Shown in pieces: positions 1-10,399 of a DNA stretch of 64,000 nt (its first letter is position 1; every line of letters starts with the position of its first letter). A program made the translations under genes and the position numbers. The stretch is from Azolla caroliniana (lineage: Eukaryota; Plantae; Polypodiophyta). Below the pieces are notes generated by a model. That model saw nothing but the letters and a program-made list of their open reading frames with translations. It had not been told where the DNA came from and searched no databases. The DNA lies in contig JBHGNT010000020.1 in NCBI GenBank assembly GCA_043228905.1, positions 4,092,001 through 4,156,000 of the forward strand. Reading direction: 5' to 3'.

Positions 1-172
1 TCTCTCTCTCTCCTTGTGTATTGTTCTTTCTAACGCTTCCGCAAGCAATCTTTCACATATGACACATAGTTAATGTGTAGAGAGTAGTGGTATGACTCTT
101 GACCTTTGACTCATCATAGATTCTCAAAAGTTGTGTTCACATGTTGTGCTATGTTGAGCTTGATTCTCAACA
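1..172 (-). repeat. 3' LTR (partial) of Copia A1
   Basis: The last ~115 bp match 5686-5801; ends ...gattctcaaCA next to the PPT. Confidence 0.9.
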
Positions 173-185
173 CACCCCCTCAAGC

Positions 186-3100
186 TCAATTCGGGTTGGT
201 TCCTTTCGATTGATGTCCGCTTCGGTTGGTATCCGGTTCAGATGATCTCCGTTGTCCGTTTTGGCTCGTACCCGGTTCGGTCGGTATCCAATTCTCGTTT
301 GTACTCCCCCTCAAGCTTGGTAAGTCAGGGAGCATAAATCCAAGGTCTGATATGAATTGCCGAAGCTTGTCGGCTCCTAGGGCTTTGGTGAAGATGTTGG
401 CCGTCTGAAGATTCATGTTGATGTGTTGAAGGTCGACATCTCCAGCCTGTACGCTCTCTCGAATGAAGTGATAGTGCACTTCGATGTGCTTTGTGCGTGC
501 GTGGAACACCGAGTTCCGAGCCAGATATATACTGCTCATGTTGTCGTAGTAAAGGGGAATAGGATCCTTGATGGGAACGCCCAGATCCTTCAAAATCCTC
601 TTGAGCCATACGACTTCACATGCAGCTACGGCTGCGCCCCTGTATTCCGCCTCCGTACTCGAAAGAGCGACGATAGGATGCTTCTTGCTACTCCACGAAA
701 TCGCTTCGCTGCCGAGGGAGAAGACAAATCCGGAGGTCGATCGTTGAGAGGCTTTGTAGCCAGCCCAGTCTGCATCTGTGTACCCTTTGAGTCTTATTGG
801 TGTGGCCGATGCGTAGAGAACGTCGTAATCCATTGTGCCGCTCACGTATCGTAATACTTGCTTAACGCAATCCAAGTGAATGTCGCATGGTTTTTGCATG
901 AATTGGCAGAGGAGTCTGACTGGATAGCTAAGGTCAGGTCAAGTGATCGTGAGGTAGACGAGGCTCCCGATCAGTTGACGATATTGGGTCGGCTCGGATT
1001 CATCTGTGCAAGAGTCAACATTTAGTTTGAGGTTTCGATCGAGAGGTGTAACGACCGATTTGCACTCAGTCATCCGGAACTTGTATACCGAGTTGAGAAT
1101 GTAGTGCCGTTGAGAGATCATAATGCCAACCGGAATCCGAATTACTTCGATGCCAAGGAAGTAATGGAGCTCCTTCATGTCTGTCATCTTGAATTTTCTG
1201 GAGAGGAGGGACTTGACCTTGTTGATGTCGACTAGACTTTCACCTCCAATGACCAGATCATCCACGTATAGGATGATGACAATTAAGCTTCTAGAGTCGT
1301 GTCGTACGTAGAGGGAGTTGTCGGATTTCAACATTCGAAAGCCGATTGATGAAGATATTGTGTAATCTTCGAATGCCAAGCATGCGGTGCTTGCTTGAGG
1401 CCGTAGAGAGGCTTCTTGAGTTGGCATACAGCTTTTGGATGAATGCGCGATTCGAAGCCGGGTGGTTGTACCATGTACACCTCGTCTAATTCGTCTTGAA
1501 GAAAGGCGTTCTTGACGTCCATTTGGTGGAGGTGCCACCCTTTTGCCACTGCAAGTGCGATCACGGTTCACACTGTCGTATTTTTGCCATCGGGGCAAAG
1601 GTCTCTTCGTAGTTGACGCCATGTGTTTGTGCGTATCCCGCTACGAGTCGAGCTTTGTAGCGGTTGATGGAGCCGTCGGCATTATACTTCACCTTGTAGA
1701 TCCATCTACATCCGATCGCCTTCCTGTGCGGTGAGTGGGGAATGATATCCCATGTGTTGTTCTTGCATAGTGCACGCATCTCCTCGTTCATTGCTTCGAT
1801 CCATCGCGGGTCCTTCGTGGCTTCGGAAAAGGTTTCTGGCTCCCCTATTGTTGCGATCTTCATCATAAAGGTGTAATGGTATGCCATATAATCGTTGTAG
1901 CCAAATCGGGTTACGGGGTTCTTTTCACGGGTGGATTGGCGGAGCTTCTCGTTTGCGGATACTACGGCGTTCTCCACTCCATTTGTCCGGATCTCAAGGC
2001 CTTCGAACTCACTATCGAGGGAGTGAGTCGATTCGTTGCCGTCGAAGTGATCTTCTTCATACTCCGGCATTTTCGCCTTCCCTTTGTCCATCTTCGGACT
2101 CAACCGAGATGTGCTTTGATCGCTCGAGGGCTCTTGTGGTCCGCTCAGTCGGGTCGTGATCGGACTTTCTTCGAACATGCGCGTAAGTCGATCTTCGGCT
2201 TCTATCTCCATTTTGGTGGAATCTGGGTCGAGCGGAATCGAAGTCGAAGCTGTCTCTGGTGCGTACCAGGATGCGGACTCGTCGAAAACGACGTCTCGAC
2301 TTACTCGAGATTTTCGAGTTGAGGGGTTGTAGCACTTGTACCCCTTTTGCTCCAGTGAGTATCCTATGAGGATACATTTCTCTGACTTCGGGTCAAGCTT
2401 TTGACGCTTCTCGTTGGGGATGTGCACGTACGCAATTGAGCCAAATATCCGAACATGCGATAGGTCTGGCTTCTTTCCGAAGAACTTCTCGTGTAGAGTA
2501 AGTTTGTGCACACCCGATGTCGTACACTGATTCATGAGATAGACGGCCGTGTTAGCTGCTTCCGCCCAATACGATTTCGGCATGTGCTTTTCGTTAAGCA
2601 TAGCCCGTGCCACTTCGAGGATGTGCCGATTCTTGCGTTCGGCCACTTCGTTTTGTTGTGGTGTATGTCGATACGAAAATTCTCGCCGTATTCCTTCTTT
2701 CTGTAGAAATGCAGAAAATTCGTCGGAGAAGTACTCCTTGCCTCCATCCAACTGAAGACATCGTACATGTCGACCCATGGCTTTCTCGACTTCATTCTTA
2801 AATTTTTGGAAGTGTCCGAACACTTCGTTCTTTTGTCGCATTGGGTAGATCCAAGTGTGCCTAGAGAAGTCATCGATGAAGGTCACGTAGTATCGGCATC
2901 TGCCGAATGTCACCGTTTGAGTCGGACCCCATACATCGGAATGAATTACGTCGAGTACGCCTTTGCTCACGTTCCGCTCCTTCGGAAATGGGTGCCGATG
3001 TTGCTTGCTGAAATGGCAAGCGGCACACATGCCTTCAATCTCTTTCTCCGTGAATGTCGGGAACCCAATGACGACTCCTTTCGATTGCATTGCCTTGAGC

Positions 3101-5169
3101 TTTTGGAGGTTGATATGGCCAATCCGCTTGTGCCATAACTCTATGTCGGAATCGGCTTTCATGCCCTTTGCGAACATGGCTGATTTCATCTCGTGTGAGT
3201 TGAGAATGAACAGTCGGCCCTCTCTTCGTCTGCGTGCGATGAGTCGGCCCTCTTTTTCGATGAAGCAACTGCCTTGATTAAATCGTACTTGCATTCCTTA
3301 CTCTACAATTTGGCCGATGGAGACCAAATTATTCGTGATAGTTGGTACATGCAAGACATTTTTAATATAAGTTTGCATTCCTTCTTCTCTGAATGGAACA
3401 TTCCCAATGTGCCGAATCGGGTGCATAGTGTCGTCTCTAGTTTCGACATAGCTGAGTCGGTCTGGCTCTTGAAGTTCTCGGAACCATTCTTGATGCGACG
3501 TCATATGGTTCGAGGCACTGGAATCGACGAACCATACGTCTTCCGGACCGGAGGCATTAGTAGAAGTGGAGGTCGACATAGAATTCGCTCTATGTCTCAT
3601 CACGAACATTCCACCGCGATTGTCATAGTCGGAGTTGATGGCGTAGTTGGTGAGTTGTCGGCTAGTGGAAGCCGACTCGCGTATGTCGTGTTGTTACGCT
3701 CTTCGTGTTCGGAAAGAGGCGGGACCGCAGGGGCCTCGAACCAAGGGGCGTGAGAAAGAGGGGAGAGAGAGAGAGAGAGAGAGAGCAGCTTGCAGAAACA
3801 CAGAGGAGGAAAGAGACGGTGAACAAAGTCTTAATTACAATCGACAACTATTACAACCGGCAAGCCGGCGACGGACCCAACTCAGGTGGACACACACACA
3901 CACGATGCTCACGCACCCACACAGCCCCGACTGCACTATGGAGCCTCTGGTGGAAGCACACGGGCTGTCCACGAAGCAGAGGCAACTTAGTCCCAAAATC
4001 TTGCATAGAACGACGCGCGATGGAGGAGAGGGCTCGGTCCCCGTTCGACAGCACCCTTTTTTTTCCCCCTTACTCCTCCCTCTCTTTTATAACCCAAGGA
4101 GGGAGGCTACTTCCACTTGTTACATCATGTTTATTCCCTGTCCTTTGGACAGGGATACGCCTCGATTTCCTCCCTCCCGAATGCGTACTACCTAGGATTT
4201 CGCCTCGGCGACTTGTACCTACCTATGTACTATACAACAAAACTTGTGCCCACGTGTAAGGGCCGGTTTTCGCATGTTATACCCGGTTTCCGCCTAGGGA
4301 CGGTTTTCTCCACGACAACGCATCTTCTTACGGCATTCTTCTTCGTGGTGACTGATTTTTTCGCAATATCCGACTTCAACCAAGCTTTGTCAGTTCGGAG
4401 TGGAATGGAAGCTCCCCCTTCTTCCAAAGGTTCCTCAATGGCTTCTGTCTTGATGCCGAAATTGCAAATTGTTTTTGTAAATCGGGCCTTATCCGCCACG
4501 TCCTTGGCCGAATCAGCCTCTTCTTGCACGCCCACGTCCTCTTCCTCCATCCGAATGTGTGTAGAGCATTTGGCCTTCCAATGCGTTGTTCCTTGTTCGA
4601 ACATGATTCTCTTTGACCAACAACATGGATTGAAGGTTGAAGAAGGAGGGCAGATTCTCCCATGCTAGTACGACGGTCCACATCGCGCCGAATCGTGGTG
4701 CAAGGCCGCCGAGACATATTTGTATCATCTCGTCATCCTACACGTTTACGCTTATCGAGTCGAGTGAGTCGCAAAGCTCCTTGATCTTCAAAGTTTAGCT
4801 TGTGACAGACATATCCCTTTGTTGGATATTATTCAACTCTTGGCAAAGTTGAAGCTTCCTTGCGGTCGTGTTGGCGGCGAAAATCTTTCGTAGATTCTCC
4901 CACGCTTCCTTCGGCGTCTTGGCTTCTCGAATGTACTCGAGCATGTGGTCGTGAACACATGTTGCCAAGCAATACATCACTTGGCTTGCCGCTTGCTCCC
5001 ACGTTGCATAGTCGGCGTCTTCCGGGTTGGGCCGATTTTCTTGTGCTCCTTTGATGTAGCTCCAATTGCCTTGGCCGACAAGGTATTGGTGCATCTTGTA
5101 CTCCCAAGATGCAAAGTTGTTGCAATCCCACTTCTCGCTAGGGAGAGCGCTCCCCATTTGAGTATTCAT
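186..5169 (-). pseudogene. Copia gag-pol polyprotein, frameshifted and interrupted
   Basis: ORF pieces: 4795-5169 gag (NFASWEYKM); 3298-3609 protease (WFVDSSASNHMT); 1561-3294 integrase (WHKRIGH, HSDVWGP, DGGKEY) plus RT start; 939-1622 RT (YVDDL); 186-899 RNase H (YTDADWAG, TEAEY). Confidence 0.95.
3684..4317 (-). mobile_element. Solo LTR of a Gypsy family related to the 51869-64000 element, inserted in Copia A1 gag
   Basis: Ends TGTCGTG...CACGACA. Both ends resemble LTR 51869-52525. Flanks gcgta/acgca fit a 5-bp TSD gcgca with two transitions. Removing it restores gag RKKMRESASTS. Confidence 0.88.
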
Positions 5170-5329
5170 TGTCGATGTAGATTTCTTCCTTCTTTTCTTT
5201 TCCTTCTCTCTCGAACACGAGCTATGTAATCACACTACGATAGCGATGAGCTGGTTCTTCTTGAACGTCGGCGTAGAGCACAACACACGATCACGATGAG
5301 GCGAGTGGGCTAGATCGAGCTACCAAATC

Positions 5330-5341
5330 GCTCTGATACCA
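5330..5341 (-). promoter_or_regulatory. Primer-binding site (tRNA-iMet)
   Basis: Minus-strand TGGTATCAGAGC directly after the LTR's terminal CA. Confidence 0.92.
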
Positions 5342-5801
5342 TGTAAAGAATCGGGTATGATTCTTGTTTAGCGAAAGAGATGTGTGTTATGTGTATGTGT
5401 GAGAGGAATTAGAGGAGAGATGAGAGAACACTAGATAGATTGACAAGAGAAATAAAATACTCAAGAAGAAGGTGTATATTTCACAAGTAGAATAAGAATT
5501 ACAAAATGTAGCATAATAAGGAGTCACAACTGACTTAGTATGAAGTATGAGGAGGGTGCTTTATATAGGGTCACCCTCTCTCTTCATTAACTTTACAACA
5601 ACCACTCTCTCTCTCTTGGGGAATGTGAAGACTCATAGTCATGGGGAATATGTAACTCATTAGTTATGTGTCATATAATATGATTCTATGACACATAGTT
5701 AATGTGTAGAGAGTAGTGGTATGACTCTTGACCTTTGAGTAATCATAGATTCTCAAAAGGTGTGTTCACACATTGTGTTATGTTGAGCTTGATTCTCAAC
5801 A
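5342..5801 (-). repeat. 5' LTR of Copia A1
   Basis: TGTAAAG...CTCAACA; minus-strand TATA (cctatataaag) near 5560-5570; adjacent PBS. Confidence 0.92.
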
Positions 5802-6033
5802 GTCATCATACAACATTGTCATGGTGACTTATCTAATGCTTTCGATGTAATCGTAGAATAAGTGTCACATAAGCTCAAGGTGCACACCCTAAGGTCCAAT
5901 GCCAAGGAATGAAAATGTATTGTATATGAAAGTTGCATGGCTCTTGATAATCAGTTGTACTTTAACATTGGGAATCAAATTGATGGCCTTTGGCAATACA
6001 CCGATCAACTCTTAGGAAATTGTTCCATACCCG

Positions 6034-6567
6034 TGTAATAGGTTTTGTTTCCAAAAACTTCGTCTAAAGAGTGATTGATGTGTTTAGGATGACTATTGAT
6101 GGTTTAGTAAACAGATTCCTTAATGAGACATTGATAAGGAGATTGAATTAATGTGTAACAAGAGACTAGATAATAACAAAAAATGGTAATACTAAGGATC
6201 TCCTCTTACTTCAAGCACCCCTCTCACCACCCCTCTCTATCCTAAGATTCTTCTCATTTCTAGCTCCCTTCAGCAATCCGCAATGGTCTAGGAGTTTGAT
6301 AGTTCAGTTAGGCTCAGTTTAGGCTTGAACTTACATAACTGAATTGAGCCTGGTTTGGCTCGACTATAGTCCTTCTTAATTGAGTCAAACCACTTATGTA
6401 AGCCATTTATATATTTTTGAAGAGAGAGAGAGAGAGAAACAATAAGGAGAGAGAAATAAACTAAGAGGCCAAGAGAGAGAGAGGGAGAGAGCCTAGATGG
6501 ATGTAGCTCAGTTGCTAAGGTTGCCCAATCGAGACGAGGTGGTCATGGGTTTAACCCCTTGCCTACA
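6034..6567 (-). repeat. Putative LTR (TGTA..TACA) containing a tRNA-like A/B-box segment
   Basis: Inverted TGTA/TACA ends, (GA)n tract, minus-strand TATA-like atatataaat; abuts Gypsy RT/RH remnants. No partner LTR seen. Confidence 0.45.
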
Positions 6568-7651
6568 TTCCACAGTGGCATCTAGTGAAATAAGAGATAT
6601 CTATTGAGTAATAGAGAAGTGATAAAATTGGGCTTCGAATCCATTGAAGCAAAGTTTGGTGATCGACATAGAAAGAGAAGCAACATCCTATTAAGTAATA
6701 TGAAAATGATTTTATGCCATATATCATAACTAAGACCTCACACTCCATCGTTGAATAGTTCTATTCAACAACATTTAGCTGATGTCTAGTGAAGGTGATG
6801 GGGAAGTCGAGAGTTCCATTGATGTGCTGGGCCAACACCACTCCTATGGTGGAGACGAAGGCAGAGGCAGAGGCATAAGTATGCACGTGGAACTCTTTGT
6901 CCCATTCTGGTGACTGGAGAATAGGGGCCTTGGCTAGGTGTTCTTTGAGGTGTTTGAATGCTTGGGTACACTCCTCCATCCATGTGTACTTTTTTAATAG
7001 AGCGTAGAGAGGCCGTGTGTTCTGGGTAAACATCTTGATGAAACAATGGTAGTAACTCGCGTATACCATGAATCCTTTTAACTGCTTTTGATTTGTCACT
7101 GGTGACATTTCTAATATAAGTTTAACCTTTTCCTCGTCTATGGAGATGTCGTCTTTTGATACCACATGTACGAGGATGAGGTCGTGCTTGACCCAGAATT
7201 TATAGTTGAGAGGATTACGGGAGAGTTGATACTCTTGATATTTTTCAAACGTCGTACATAATAATGAGAGGTGGGCGTGCCACTTGGTGTGGCTACACAA
7301 GTCATCGACCTAAGATTCGTAGTTTGGAAGCAAATATATGATTCGTTGCCTGTTGGTAAGTGCTTAACGTTGAGATTTGATTGTATCTTGAGAATTCATC
7401 TATGAATCTGCAGGCCTCTGGCCCCACTACCCATTCAAGTGCTCGATGTATGGTAGTGGGTAGTTGTCTCTTATTGTGGCCTCATTTACTTGACGGGAAT
7501 CTATGCATACCCGGATTTTACCATTTTTCTTTGGAACAACCACTATTGATGAAACCCAAGTTGTCCGATCAATTGGGTAAATAATATTGGTTGCCAATAT
7601 CTTATTAATCTCTGCCTTTACATGTTGGGCTGCCAATATCTTATTAATCAC
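6568..7651 (-). pseudogene. Ty3/Gypsy RT-RNase H remnant
   Basis: WVSSIVVVPKKNGKIRVCID..NEATIRDNYPLP (7427-7651); LAKAPILQSPEWDKEFHVHT.AS (6761-7300); FYVDHQTL (6563-6748). Confidence 0.88.
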
Positions 7652-7755
7652 AATAAAACCATCATCATCATCATATAAAGGAGCATATCATTTGGACAAC
7701 CACTTGCATTCCTTTATTTGGCCTAGTGGAAATCATTATGACATATATTTAAAAT

Positions 7756-8099
7756 CATTGTTGTAGAATACTTAGCATAAAATATGTGTAGCATACATAT
7801 GCCAAGTATTCTAAGTTTTTTTTAAAAATGCTTAGAATACGTATTTTATAGATAAAATATGTTAAATACTTAGAATACGTGTAGAATACTTGTAAAATAC
7901 ATTAAATAATTCTTAAAATTAAACTTTTGTTTTCAAAAGAAGAAAATTTAACTTTTTTGAAATGATAAATACTTGTTAAATACGTAGAGTACGTCAAATT
8001 TTAAAAAACAACAATTCTAAAACGTAGAATACATGTAGAATACTTTAGAGTATTCTAAAATGTATTCTAAACGTAGAATACATGTTTTTTACAACTATG
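7756..8099. mobile_element. hAT-like MITE (non-autonomous DNA transposon)
   Basis: Imperfect TIRs cattgttgtagaa / ttttacaactatg; 8-bp flanks tttaaaat / ttaaaaat; many subterminal tagaatac/gtattcta motifs; AT-rich and non-coding. Confidence 0.65.
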
Positions 8100-9160
8100 T
8101 TAAAAATATTATAATGACATAATCAATGTGGTTATTTTATTACAAGAAATATTTGTTCAACTAAGTTTACGTACAGTTAATAATGAAATCTCCATTATTG
8201 TTCCTTGTAGTTAATTATTTTCTTTCAAAAGGAATAACAACACTTCTTTAACAACATAAATTTGGTTTGGACTCTAAGTATCTCCCATTAAAAACCAATA
8301 AGACATGGAGTTTTCGTTTATAAGTTAGAATTGTGTTTGTATTTCCAATTGTCAACTCATAAACTCATATAAATAGAATACTTTGTTGACTTCAAGAGGC
8401 ATTGACAATTCAAAAATGGCAGCTTATGTTGCTGATTTGTCTCATTTGTCCTTCACGTTCTCACATTTAAAACCGACTTCTTGTATAATTGTGTAAATTT
8501 AGAATAGAGCATTTAATAGCTTTATCAAATTTGTACTATAATCTACAATATATCAAGCATTACTAATATATTAAATATATTTTACAAAATCTCCCAATGA
8601 GCAATAGAGTATAGTAATCAAGCAATAGGATAGTTAACCCTGACACAATAAAAATATATCCATGTATGGGCCATAATGTTACATGTAATTGCAAGTTGTA
8701 TAAGTTCATAAAGTAAATTGCAAAAATCTCGTTTAGTTGACTCTTTTAAAGAAGGCAAGGTGTCTACTTGAGTACTAATATACAACTCAACATTATGGAT
8801 CTAAAGGACATAAAGGAATCAAATAAATTTGTTTGTCATTTTCTTACAATTCAAAATGATAGGTTACAACTCATAAAACTGTTGTCATATTGCAATCTTT
8901 GAACAAATTAAGATCGTTCCATTTTGTCATATTATAAAGATGTTATCATAATGACATTGCAATTAGACCATTTCTTAGTCAACAATTCTATCATACAAGA
9001 TTTAAAAATAGCCTAAAATGAAATATACTCTATGTCCATTTCTCACAAATAGTTTTGTATTTTTTTTGTCTTACTAGCTTGAAAGTTGTCTAGTAGACCT
9101 ATAAGTAATCATTTAAATACCTAACTAGAGAGGAAATTTAGAGTCATATATTATGGTGAT

Positions 9161-10000
9161 TGTTGGCCTATGAGAGTATGATCTGGAGGCGGAGGTGTGG
9201 ACCGGGAAGAGTTAAACCCGGGCGGATAATATTAGGATAGGTAATTATTATTAAGGAAATGACGGATCCGGATAGTTGTACCAATCCAGATCCGCATCAA
9301 TTAGTAGCCTGTAGCCGGTAGGCACCGTTTTGTAACTCTGATCCAGATTGATGTATATTTCACGGGAGTAATACAAGTGTTAAGTGTTGTTGTGTTAATC
9401 TTATTGTCTATCTTGTGTACTTGCCATATGTGCCATCATTCATAATCTTACGCGTGTAATTAAGATCTGGATAATTGTGTGATTCCAGAAGGTATTCTAG
9501 AAAGTAATCGGATAGTGTTAAGTGAATAAGTGTCGAATCATCATCCATATCTCCGACCACCCCTTTGGATATGTGTTCTAGAATGGAACACCCTCTGCTT
9601 GTGGCTAGTCCGGCCCATGATTAACATAGTTTTGGCAACCACAATTCCTGCACAGAGTAGTGAACAACAGGGAATGGATGTCTAGATAGACGAACAACCC
9701 AATGACCAAGCAAGCGAGAAGATTAGCCGATCGATTGAGGAGGCGTGAAGCTTACCAACATGCGGCAGAAGAGATTTGGTAGGATCGATCTTTTCCAGAG
9801 TGCTTCGGCGGATCGCAGAGGAAACAGTTTGGATTCAAAATCAACAACACTCAGACGAAGGAAGCAACCTTACCAGTCAGCTGGATGTTGAATCGATATT
9901 GCAGACTTTAGCAACATGCACTAGAGATTCAGAGGCTTTTTCGGCATTCGAGTCAGGATCAGACAATGGCGAGCGGGAGCGTCCACTCGAATTATACTAG
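9161..10000 (+). mobile_element. Truncated LTR element: LTR 9161-9626 plus leader or decayed gag-like start
   Basis: TGTTGG...TTAACA block followed by a tggc PBS-like motif and a purine-rich, stop-riddled reading frame. Confidence 0.45.
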
Positions 10001-10399
10001 GCCTAGTTTCATTTCCATCCAAGTCTCTCAAAAAGAAGTGAGAGGTCAAAGGGTTTCGATGTGGATGTGGCCTGTGGTCCCAATGTAGAAGGTACCCCAA
10101 CCGTAGCTTCTAGGCGGCGTAGCTCATGTTCCCTTATCTTCTTAATTGTTTCTACTCCATGTCGAGTTACTTTGAAGCCCGACATCCAAGGGCATTTGGT
10201 TGTTCTTTGCATTTCTGCTTCATCAATAAAGAGGCTGAGTGGTGTAGGTGTGTCCACATTCATCATCTCCCTTTGTTCCTGAAAATTTACATTAGTTACA
10301 TGTTGGTGAATATTAAAAGGGTTATGGTTACTAAGTTTGCAGTTTATTCTCCCTATGTTGTTTTAGCTCTAAGATATACCTACCTAGTCTCTTTAATAC

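Larger units (their letters stand above)
1..5801 (-). mobile_element. Ty1/Copia LTR retrotransposon (family A, copy 1), decayed; 3' LTR cut by the window edge
   Basis: 5' LTR 5342-5801 (TG..CA); PBS TGGTATCAGAGC at 5330-5341 (minus); PPT agcttgagggggtg at 173-186; partial 3' LTR 1-172. Order gag-PR-IN-RT-RH. Confidence 0.95.

Noticed and set aside
3647-4259. 182/184-aa ORFs inside the Copia element as an extra gene
   Set aside because: They read through the GC-rich solo LTR and its (GA)n tract.
6498-6567. Functional tRNA gene (also 25474-25539 and 30792-30857)
   Set aside because: A/B-box-like motifs are present, but I could not build acceptor or anticodon stems. Reported only as tRNA-like.
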